NCBI GenBank assembly: GCA_002269645.1
Contig: NIVC01002544.1
Span: forward strand, 99,045 to 163,044
Reading direction: 5' to 3'
Length of the DNA stretch: 64,000 nt
Source of the DNA: Macrostomum lignano
Lineage: Eukaryota
Position numbers and translations under genes: made by a program. The notes beneath the pieces are model-generated. The model made no database searches and had not been told where the DNA came from. It saw only the letters and a program-made list of their open reading frames with translations. Of this stretch, positions 42,101-53,910 are shown piece by piece; the first letter of the stretch is position 1, and each line of letters begins with the position of its first letter.

Positions 42101-42622
42101 CGCAGAACTTGCCAGACCACATCAAATTCTCCGGGTTCAGCCATAGAACTGCGAAGTGGAGCTGCAGTCTAAAGTCAAGTGCTCGAGCTGCTTCAGCCAG
42201 TCTGTGGATTATCTGCATCTGTGCTCTGCTCATCCTCGCCACGCTGCTCATGTTTGCTGCAATCGCTGTGAGTCCTCTGAAATATTTTAGCGCCTTTCAC
42301 GAACTCCAGTTGATCAAAAACAAAAACCAAAACTATTTTAGCGCATTTGCCGCCACTCTGAACCGGTTTCTGCAGAGATGAACGCGGTTCCAACTCCGTT
42401 GAGAACACCTGAGCCAAATTCTGGTCAAGCCGAGGTGGGTCTTTAGCTCTTACATGTTCTAGTTGCAGTATCAAAAGTACTTTTACTTTTTTCTGAACAT
42501 TCCAGACAGTCAGTAACTTGAGAGAAGCTTCATCAGAGTGCAGTTACTATACAGTGGTCCCGGCTAAAGGTGCTCCAACTGCTGCAGATGGCTATCGAGA
42601 GATGGTCGCTGATGGGGACTGA
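30188..42622 (+). CDS. G5: 17-exon receptor, SP-L-Ig-L-Ig5-MP-TM-tail with ITIM-like and YxxM motifs (~1065 aa)
   Basis: Exons 30188-30245; L1 30311-30553, 30682-30893, 30971-31073; Ig 31145-31378; L2 31467-31706, 31784-31995 (GC donor), 32081-32171; Ig 32251-32490, 32573-32809, 32897-33130, 33283-33507, 33581-33808; MP 33888-34054; TM 42004-42267; tail 42342-42434, 42506-42622. Phases consistent. Confidence 0.83.
34108..37474 (+). mobile_element. Helitron-like non-autonomous element copy A
   Basis: Starts CTAGCAATCTACGCCCCCCGTTGGG; ends AATCGGTCCAGCCA...ACAGACAGACCATTTTTAGTATATAGGA, resembling Lep1/HINE-type rolling-circle ends; internal 23-bp minisatellite. Confidence 0.55.
35760..36845. 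repeat. ~23-bp minisatellite (ACATGACGCTTCTATGATTTTTT)
   Basis: Directly visible. Confidence 0.92.
37620..38025. repeat. 18-bp minisatellite (AGATAGCAAGCATCCCCC)
   Basis: Directly visible. Confidence 0.92.
38140..41360. repeat. 23-bp minisatellite with two interspersed variants (GACATGGTGGCTCTTTAATGTTT / GACATGGAGTCATGTATATGTTT)
   Basis: Directly visible, ~3.2 kb. Confidence 0.92.
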
Positions 42623-43724
42623 TGCTGCAATGAAAATTGACAAAATAATACTGCCAGAAGAGAGTCAGGAAACTTGAAATAGGAAGTTGTGGTAACCAAG
42701 ATCTTATAGACAATTCAAATCGGTTTTCCTTGGCCGTATTATTGATTAACTAAACTCTCAGATGCAATATCTGTGTTTCTTTTTTCAGTACGTGCGAAAT
42801 AAATATGCCATAAGTTAACCGGCTTTAGTTCGAAGTACTCGTAATGCATTCGCAACGCTATTTGTGGCACAGAATTATCCAGTTTGGCCATTGTCGCTCT
42901 CAGATAACAGCCTAAGAATGACCTGTCTCAGTCTAAAATTCAATAATCTGCCCTTGAAGTTTGTAAGTGTCCGAGTCACCTGTGCACCACGCGTTCAAAA
43001 GTTACAAGTCTAGAAATGACCAAAGCACAATAAGTAAGACAAAGGAAGCAGGAATGTTTTAATTTTAGACTATTTTAGCTATTTAGGTATAACAAAAAGT
43101 AAATAAAGTACGCTCGTACTCCTATATATAAAGTAGTATTTACTGAACATCCAACTCATCAAATATTTTAATTAATAATTGAGGCAGAATTAGTTTTTAT
43201 GGCTTGTACCTAATAATTATTGTTTAAAGCAATTGATAAAAACAATTAATATCGTATTCGCGTGTCTATTGCAGTAATTGCAAGCCACTAAGCTATATTT
43301 AATGTGGCTAAAATATTCTAAAATCTTCATTTTCGACCGTTGTAGCTGCCACCCTCAGACTGCATGCAGTACCTGATATACATACAGTAGGTCTACGTAA
43401 GCCAAGGTCGGCCAGAATCTTCAAGATAAGGATCGCATTGCCTTCAATCTTATGAAAGGCCCATTATTTATCGTATTTGTATATTAACGTCTAATTTCTG
43501 GTAAATGGCTAAAATTCTGCATTTCATAAACAAACCTTCGAGCTAAATTACATTTCAAAATTTAAAAGCGTGCAACGAAAGTTCAACAAAGTTTGCAGAG
43601 GCCGGGCCGGTCATAAATAAACACAACAAGGAGTCATAAAAGTGTCAATGCGCTTATTCGTATTTGCTAATGATACATCGCTAAATTTTCTTTGCAAAGT
43701 GAAAAGCCACAATCAGAAATACGG

Positions 43725-46700
43725 ATGCGAGCTGTTTCCAAATTTCTATTGCTTCTGGCTGTTGCGCACACCGCTGCTATCCAAGACTGTGAGTTTGAGT
43801 TGAGTTCGGGGGTTTCAACCAAGGCAATAAATTCTCAAATCGACAGCTTCATCACTGTTACTCGCAGGCAAAATAGAAATCCGCCGCACGCGCGTTCTCA
43901 ACTCGTGGCAGTCGTCCTTCGGCAACGGTCCAACTTGCTTCCACAACAGAACTGAATCGGAGGAAGCCGCTGTGCTCAGCAAGCCCAGCAGCAGCTACAG
44001 GTTTTTTCACAGCGGGGACGGCTCGGCAGCAGACGGCGGGTTTCACTGGTTCGCAGTGCAGCTGAGTGAGCCACTGCTCATCAGCTCAGTGACCCTGAAG
44101 GGCAGAGAATGTGAGTGGCACTGTGATGCAGCTCATGCACGCACAGAGCTCGTTCGACTTGATTTTCTCAACTCATTCTAGACGGGAAATCGTTCACTTA
44201 CTCGAGAACCAGGGGGATCGAAGTCTGGACAGCAGGAAGCAGCAGAGTGATGCTCTCGGGAGATCACTGCAGCTCCAGGAGCATGAGCAGCCAGTTCAGA
44301 GAGTCGCGGTGGTACTGGAGGCTGTGCGGCGTCACGGACGGCCAGCAAAGAAGCATCAGGGCTGGTGAGACACTGACGGTGAACTGCACACAGGATGTAA
44401 GTGTCTCAACCAGTGGCATCAATAAACTGCAGTGTTCTAATGCTTCTTTTTTGAACAAGTTATTTTTCAAATCCAGGTCCGGTACTTACTGTTGAGGCGT
44501 GACGTCAGAACTGCTGATCCTTCCATGACCCACGACTTCATGAGCTTCGCAGACCTCAGCCTGCAGACAATGGAGCTGAGTAAGTGCTGCGGATTGGACA
44601 GAACATGCTCACCTGGACACAGTTGATAGCAAATAGCAAAAATTCTGATCACGAAAATGTTCACGAAAATTGGCACGATTCACACCCATAAGGCGCAACC
44701 CCCAAGGCACAGAGAATGCCGTCAGCATTATATCAATTACTAACTTTGCGAAGTGTCTTCCCCTCGTCTGCAGAAGTGTCTTCCCCTGAAGAGACGGTTA
44801 GAAACGACAATGTCTCAGTCAGCTGCTCACTGCACTGCAAAGGTACGAAAGTCGACGCGCAGACAAAAAGATTAAAGCTCTGCTCTCCTCGTGGCAGCTG
44901 CACAGCTTCCAACGCGGTACACATCCCCAGAATCCAGTCAGAGGACTCAGGAAGTTACACCTGCAAGATTGGTACGGTCAGGAAGACCACCAACCTCACC
45001 GTGTATTGTGAGGCGCTCTTCAATAATTTTTCTCGAAATTATTTTCTTTCGCTTTTCAAACAACGGAAAATCCGAATGAATCCGAATCCGCAGACCCACC
45101 AACGAGAGTGGCGGTCTCAGTGCTGAACTCTCAGAACTGCCAGAGTTTGACCCATGTGACCGTGCAGTTCACGTCTTCCTCATCGCAGCCCGTGTCTGAG
45201 CACAGATGCGACGCCAGAGTTGGAGTCAACTTGTGGAATCTCACACTGCTACCAGTAGTGCGTGCTCAAAATTGATACAGTACTGACTGACTGACTGACT
45301 GACTGACTGACTGACTGACTGACTGACTGACTGACTGACTGACTGACTGACTGACTGACTGACTGACTGACTGACTGACTGACTGACTGACTGACTGACT
45401 GACTGACTGACTGACTGACTGACTGACTGACTGACTGACTGACTGACTGACTGACTGACTGACTGACTGACTGACTGACTGACTGACTGACTGACTGACT
45501 GACTGACTGACTGACTGACTGACTGACTGACTGACTGACTGACTGACTGACTGACTGACTGACTGACTGACTGACTGACTGACTGACTGACTGACTGACT
45601 GACTGACTGACTGACTGACTGACTGACTGACTGACTGACTGACTGACTGACTGACTGACTGACTGACTGACTGACTGACTGACTGACTGACTGACTGACT
45701 GACTGACTGACTGACTGACTGACTGACTGACTGACTGACTGACTGACTGACTGACTGACTGACTGACTGACTGACTGACTGACTGACTGACTGACTGACT
45801 GACTGACTGACTGACTGACTGACTGACTGACTGACTGACTGACTGACTGACTCACTATTAACTGCAAATGTCGCTGCACTGCAGAGCAAGGACGGTTACG
45901 TCAGCAGATGGGTATTTCCTACTGATGACGTAAAGAGGCTGGATATCAGCAGCGCCATCATCACTTGCTCTGCCGTGCAGAGTTTTCCGAAGGGCATCCG
46001 TATTCAGGCTGTCCACACAGACTCAACATTCACGAGCTGTTGCAGCGGAAGTCTGGTGTCTACAGTACTGGTGCTCCACATCGCTATGGGATTTTGTTTT
46101 GGCTTCATCGCGGCCGCAGCCTCCGCGGCAGCCATCAGACTCCGAATGCTCAACCGGGTAAGTACACACTCACAATGTGGCTGACATTGTGCACCAGAGG
46201 AGGTTGCAGGCAGTTGACGAAACTTCTCGAAGATGCTGCGAGTTGTTAGAACCATCAATTTGGATTTCTGTTGCTCATCGATTTCATCAAGACGTCAATT
46301 ATGAAGTTGCTCGTCCGATTTCATCAAGACGTCACTTGTGAAGTTGCTAGTCCGATTTCATCAAGATGTCACTTGTGAAGTCGCTCGTCCGATTTCATCA
46401 AGACGTCACTTGTAAAGTCGCTCGTCCGATTTCATCAAGACGACACTTGTGAAGTCGCTCGTCCGATTTCATCAAGACGTCACTTGTGAAGTCGCTCGTC
46501 CGATTTAATCAAGACGTCACTTGTAAAGTCGCTCGTCCGATTTCATCAAGACGACACTTTGAAGTCGCTCGTCCGATTTCATCAAGACGACACTTTGAAG
46601 TCGCTCGTCCGATTTCATCAAGACGACACTTTGAAGTCGCTCGTCCGATTTCATCAAGACGACACTTTGAAGTCGCTCGTCCAATTTCAGACAAGGCCGG

Positions 46701-46846
46701 ACTCCTGCGGCTCTGCAGGCTGTGCCCGGCGGCGTCCAACGGCAGGGAGACCGGCCGCAGGGGGACCGGCGGCACCGCAGTCTGCATCTGAGTACGAGAA
46801 CTCGGAGTACAAGCTGGAGAATGCGACTGGAATCTATATTCTGTGA
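43725..46846 (+). CDS. G6: SP-L-Ig-MP-TM-tail with three tyrosines (~483 aa)
   Basis: Exons 43725-43788, 43868-44110, 44182-44396, 44477-44579, Ig 44774-45007, MP 45094-45257, TM 45885-46157, tail 46691-46846 (SEYENSEYKLENATGIYIL*). Confidence 0.83.
45283..45852. repeat. (GACT)n microsatellite in G6 intron
   Basis: Directly visible. Confidence 0.97.
46262..46690. repeat. 36-37-bp minisatellite in last G6 intron
   Basis: Unit GAAGTCGCTCGTCCGATTTCATCAAGACGACACTTT; the last degenerate copy supplies the acceptor TTTCAG at 46690. Confidence 0.88.
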
Positions 46847-47213
46847 TGATGGAGGCTGGTTGGAATACTGCAGGGACTGTGTTTGAGTAGTCCCTGGAAT
46901 ACTGTCTCATCTGTCTGATTGTGATATCACTGTTACACTTGAAACAGTTTCCAATACATGCATATCACTTTTTTCATACTATCTAAATATTTACTGCAAT
47001 ATCACCTGCATATTCCAACTTAGTACAGGTGTGAGAGAGAAAACAGTAGCTTAAACTGTCAAAAAAATAATAACCACCTCTTGCTTCGTCTTATGAAAAG
47101 TTTATTATCAATAAAATGCTATTGTAAAATTTAGAAGTTTTTTGAAGTCGTAGGAAACGCAAGGACATAGCATTTGATGCGACAGTCTCGATTGAGCCTC
47201 TTTAGGAGTCAAG

Positions 47214-47709
47214 GGTCAGGAGTCAGGAGTCAGGATTCAGGAATCAGGAGTCAGGAGTCAGGAATCAGGAGTCAGCAGTCAGTGTGGGGTAGGCTGTGTG
47301 GGGTAGGCTGTGTGGGGTAGGCTGTGTGGGGTAGGCTGTGTGGGGTAGGCTGTGTGGGGTAGGCTGTGTGGGGTAGGCTGTGTGGGGTAGGCTGTGTGGG
47401 GTAGGCTGTGTGGGGTAGGCTGTGTGGGGTAGGCTGTGTGGGGTAGGCTGTGTGGGGTAGGCTGTGTGGGGTAGGCTGTGTGGGGTAGGCTGTGTGGGGT
47501 AGGCTGTGGGGGGTAGGCTGTGTGGGGTAGGCTGTGTGGGGTAGGCTGTGTGGGGTAGGCTGTGTGGGGTAGGCTGTGTGGGGTAGGCTGTGTGGGGTAG
47601 GCTGTGTGGGGTAGGCTGTGTGGGGTAGGCTGTGTGGGGTAGGCTGTGTGGGGTAGGCTGTGTGGGGTAGGCTGTGTGGGGTAGGCTGTGTGGGGTAGGC
47701 TGTGTGGGG
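47214..47709. repeat. (TCAGGAG)n followed by 14-bp repeat (GCTGTGTGGGGTAG)n
   Basis: Directly visible. Confidence 0.93.
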
Positions 47710-48719
<1,010 letters not shown>

Positions 48720-48732
48720 CAGGAGTAAGGAA

Positions 48733-48766
<34 letters not shown>

Positions 48767-48865
48767 ATCAGGAGTCAGGAGTCAGGAGTCAGGAATCAGG
48801 AGTCAGGATTCAGGAGTCAGGAATCAGGAGTCAGGATTCAGGAGTCAGGATTCAGGAGTCAGGAT

Positions 48866-48913
<48 letters not shown>

Positions 48914-48942
48914 ATCAGGAGTCAGGAGTCAGGAGTCAGGAA

Positions 48943-49016
<74 letters not shown>

Positions 49017-49017
49017 T

Positions 49018-49060
<43 letters not shown>

Positions 49061-49061
49061 T

Positions 49062-49102
<41 letters not shown>

Positions 49103-49105
49103 TGT
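48720..49105. repeat. (TCAGGAG)n heptamer repeat
   Basis: Directly visible. Confidence 0.95.
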
Positions 49106-49544
49106 CAGGATTTTTGTTTTCACATTTTTGCTGCACTCGGAAAGATTTAAATTAAGGGCAGTCAGTAATTCGGACAAATCCGGACAAATCCGGACAAAGT
49201 CGGACAAATCCGGACAAAGTCGGACAGTATATCCGAAACTACGAGCGCTGGGTCGGAATCGAGCTTCCATTGCTGGCACTCTGCCTGAGCTTTCTGTTGA
49301 TTTGGTTCCTGAACTTCCTCTTTTCCTCATGATCAACAGAACAGCAGGTAAGATGGCGAGTTTTTACTAAAAAAGTGCCACAGTTGACTATGTTTAAAAT
49401 CAAAATTTCATTCACTAAAAATATCTTAGATTCAACTTCAGCTGTGTAAATTTCAACGCGGCACGGAGTATTCGAGATTGGTAGGCATTCAAATTTTGAC
49501 ATATTACATTAATAAATAATAAATCAAGCTAGTTTTTTTTATTA

Positions 49545-49870
49545 GAGGCAGGGGGGTTGTGTGCACCCTGGCGCACTTTAAGCGACATAGGCACACAACC
49601 GGCGAGAAGCATTGCTGCCCATTTCGCCGACTCCGCTGAGCAGGCACACAAGCGCGCGGATACGTACGCAGGCACACACTCACACAGGAGTGTACAGCGG
49701 CCCTAACTTTATTTTATCGTTAGGCATGTACACTCACTGCGCCTTGGGGGGGTTGGCTCTCAAGGCCGTTAATTGCACGAGCAGAGCCAAGCCGAGATTC
49801 CAATTCAGCCCCAAATTAATGTGACTGCACTTGGAATCGAGCCTGGGTCGCTGGCACGCTGGCTACGCCC
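49545..49870 (-). mobile_element. SINE family B copy
   Basis: Reverse-complement match to 23035-23345. Confidence 0.7.
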
Positions 49871-52639
49871 CCCCCCCCTAAATCAAGCTAGTTACCTTAC
49901 AGTTTATTTCCAGCTTCCGGTAAAAGGAACTGGCCCACGGCAGTGTCTATGCGCGATGGCTTGCGACTGCTTGGGGGAACTTCGCACAGGACGAACTTTT
50001 GCACAAAAACAGCCGCGGCTGACAATTCTGGACCCGCACAACTTGGCTGAGAGGCTTGGATTAAGAATTACAGCCTCGTCATCGACACCTATGAAGCTGA
50101 CTCTGCTGCTACTGCTGCTGCTGGCATTGCTCTGCGCACGAGCGACTGACACGTGTGAGTTGAGTGCCGGCTTGTTGTAATCGCAGACAGAGAGCACTGC
50201 TCATCCCCATTGCTCCAACTTGCAGGCGAGTTCCCAATTCGTTGGAGCCGCGTGCTGAGCACCTGGCAGTCGTCCTTTGGAATCATCTTTGGAGAACCCA
50301 CGTGTTTCTACCAACGAAGCAGGTCGCGTGAGGATTCCTTACTAAACAATATAAGATACAAATTCTTCCACAGCAAAGGGCAGGGCGAGGCGGACGGCGG
50401 GTTTCACTGGTTCGCAGTGCAGCTGAATGAGCCAGTGCTCATCAGATCTGTGACTGTGAAGGGCAGAGGCGGTGAGTCACTCACTCAAATGCGGGCTCCA
50501 AGCCAGCTGTCTCTGCTCACGGTGCTCTCACATTCCAGATAAAGCATCGCATGTCTTTGAAAGAGCCAGAAGCATTGAGATCTGGACATCAGACAGCAGC
50601 AGTCAGCTGTTCTCAGGAGATCACTGCAGATCAAGGAACATGAGCAGCCAGTTCAGAGAGTCCCAGCAGCACTGGAGACTGTGTGGGGTCACGGAGAGCA
50701 ACAATTCACAGATCGCGGCTGGGGAGATCTTCACAGTGAACTGCGTTGCAGAGGTGAGTTTTGGAGCGAAATCTGGTAACCATCGCAACCGATTTCGCAA
50801 CACCAACGCAACCACTTCAGGTGCGGCAGTTGCTTCTGCGAAGAAACGTTACAGCTGCTTCAACTGACCACGGCTTCATGAGCTTTGCGGACCTGCGGCT
50901 TCAAACGCTCCCGCTGAGTAAAAGCAGCTGTTCTCAAATGTTTGCTTCTTTGATTACGCGAAAAAAACAGTTATTGAGCCCTCTAATTTTGTCTGAGATG
51001 GGATACTCCCCTTTGCCTGAAGTACTCAAACAAGAAGATTCTAGCATGTTCCCTTTTACCATTTAGCCTGTACAGTTGTAAGTTTTTCAACCGAGACTGC
51101 TAGGGTAGATTTATCAGTGCTTGATTGATCCAAACATCTCGCTTTCAGACATTTCAAGCCCTCAACTGGTGGCAGAGCAGTCCAGCTTTGAAGTTCGCTG
51201 CTCTCTGCAATGCGATGGAGCTGATCACCTGAGTACACACTCAGCCAAGTTGCAGCTGTGCTCACCAAACGGCAGCTGCACCGTCAGGAACCAGCTGAAG
51301 GTCGACAGAGCTCAGCCATCGCACTCTGGAGTTTACACCTGCAGAATTGGCTCGATAAATCAATCGTCTTCAATCACAATCCTATGTGAGAGCCTGATGT
51401 AGTTTGAGTTTGCTCTTATTAGTTCCTTAAATATTAACCTGCCTGTCACAGTTAAAATGTTCCTGTAAATTAAATATAGACAGCTTTTAATACGGAGACC
51501 TTGATCATGCCATTTCGTATCGCATTCCAGCGTCATCACCAAACCAAGTGGTTGCTGAGAACTCCAGCCTCACGCTGAACTGCACTCTGCACTGCGGAGG
51601 CGGCGATGCAGCTCAGTGCGCAGACTCCGCTGCTGTCGGACAGCTGCTGCTGTGTCGCCCCAACAAGACCTGCACAGCACAGACGAGTCTGCAGATCCCA
51701 GCGGCAACTGCAGCACAATCGGGAGACTACAACTGCAGCATTGGACAGGTGGTTGCTGTCACAAGTGTGGCTGTTCTCTGTGAGTAGCAGCTTTGCACCT
51801 GAGTGGTCAGTCACTGTCTGCATGTACATCGCTGACAAATGAAGTCATTCCTGTTTGTTATTTTACAGCTGCAACGCCGCATCAAGTGGTCCCTGAGGGC
51901 TCCAGTCTCAGCCTGGGCTGCGTACTGCATCATGCGGGCTCAGCTGATTTCCGCCAGCCTCAGCTGTGCTACCCGAACGGCAGCTGCTCAGCTGAGAGCT
52001 CGATAAGCGTTGCCAGTGCCAGGCCATCGAACTCCGGTCTCTACAGGTGTCGGCTCGGCTCACTGGAAATACCGTCACTTGTTGCTGTGCTGTGTAAGTT
52101 GCTCAGATCATCTTACACTTTCTTGCACTCTCAGTTTCTGAACAAGAACTGATCAGTTTCTCTGTGGATCAGTAAGTGATCAGTCTCCAGATTCATTCTT
52201 GTACAAAAGTAAGAGTTTCTCTACTGACAAGTGTAGCATGCTTAAGCAGGCAGTTCGGGCACCTATAGTTTGCACTCCGTGACCCCCACCCAGCCTATCC
52301 ACTTCCCTCTGCTCGAGCACATCCCAACGCGCACTCAATGAACTGGTAATCTGTGTTCTACCAGACAACACTCGTTAATATACAGACACAGCCACATTCT
52401 ATTTCTCCACCGTTTTGAGTGGCTAACTATGCACTCGCAACAACCAGCTAGAGTTGCTCGCTACAACAAGTAGAAAGCAATGAGTGTGGCGATTTATTCC
52501 TGCATGCAAGGCAAAAAATGTGACCAAGTAAGAGAGCAGAGTTCTGGTAGGAGTTCCGACTTGAGCTTGGATGAAGACGTATGAGTATGAACATGATCAG
52601 AAAAATCCATCTCAGGGTCGATATTCTACTCGTACTTTT

Positions 52640-52740
52640 AAGCAGCTGTGCACTCCAAGTGGGGACTGCCGACACAATCAGCAGATCCACATTGCTCATG
52701 TGAAACATCTGTCAAAATTACTTCAAGTCGCTGTTCTGAG
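52640..52740 (+). pseudogene. Deleted remnant of the Ig exon paralogous to G4 18360-18593
   Basis: CAGCTGTGCACTCCAAGTGGGGACTGCCGACAC...GTCGCTGTTCTGA/GTGAGTC is retained; the acceptor, 5' half and an internal segment are missing. Confidence 0.75.
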
Positions 52741-53162
52741 TGAGTCATTGATTAGCTTAAAATGCTTTCACTAAAGATGGCAAGGATGCATTCGATAGGA
52801 CACGGAGATTTTTTCCACCAAGAACTTCCATTTCAATAGAATAGAAATAGGCTCAGTTTGAATAAATTTATGTATCTGAAATTTATTAAATTCCCAGCTT
52901 CATCTCCGAGCCAGAAAGTTTCCGAAAACGCAAGCTTCACCGTGAGCTGCTCTCTGCACTGCGGAAATGCATCGCAATGCTCAGACCGTCCACTGGGTGG
53001 CGACCTCCGGCTGTGCCCTCCGAATGGGAGCTGCCTGACAAATTCAAGTGGACAGAGCTCAGGCAATGCACTCCGGAGTTTATACTTGCAGATATGACGT
53101 CATTGAGATTGAGACAGAAGTCTTTGTTCTTTGTGAGTAGAAAGTAGGCTGCCTTCAGAATC

Positions 53163-53910
53163 TTGTTGCTCAGTGTTGCTCAATGTTGCTCAGTGTTGCT
53201 CAGTGTTGCTCAATGTTGCTCAGTGTTGCTCAATGTTGCTCAATGTTGCTCAGTGTTGCTCAGTGTTGCTCAATGTTGCTCAATGTTGCTCAATGTTGCT
53301 CAGTGTTGCTCAGTGTTGCTCAATGTTGCTCAGTGTTGCTCAGTGTTGCTCAGTGTTGCTCAATGTTGCTCAGTGTTGCTCAATGTTGCTCAGTGTTGCT
53401 CAGTGTTGCTCAGTGTTGCTCAATGTTGCTCAGTGTTGCTCAATGTTGCTCAGTGTTGCTCAGTGTTGCTCAGTGTTGCTCAATGTTGCTCAATGTTGCT
53501 CAGTGTTGCTCAGTGTTGCTCAATGTTGCTCAATGTTGCTCAGTGTTGCTTAGTGTTGCTCAGTGTTTCTCAATGTTGCTCAATGTTGCTCAATGTTGCT
53601 CAATGTTGCTCAATGTTGCTCAATGTTGCTCAATGTTGCTCAGTGTTGCTCAATGTTTCTCTGTGTTGCTCAGTGTTGCTCAGTGTTGCTCAGTTTTGCT
53701 CAGTGTTGCTCAGTGTTGCTCAGTGTTGCTCAATGTTGCTCAGTGTTGCTCAGTGTTGCTCAGTGTTTCTCAATGTTGCTCAATGTTGCTTAATGTTGCT
53801 CAATGTTGCTCAGTGTTGCTCAGTGTTGCTCAGTGTTGCTCAGTGTTGCTCAATGTTGCTCAATGTTGCTCAGTGTTGCTCAGTGTTGCTCAATGTTGCT
53901 CAATGTTGCT
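53163..53910. repeat. 10-bp minisatellite, paralog of 19032-19800
   Basis: Directly visible. Confidence 0.95.

Noticed and set aside
46787-46846. ITAM in G6/G7 tails
   Set aside because: The tyrosines are not in YxxL/I-x6-8-YxxL/I context.
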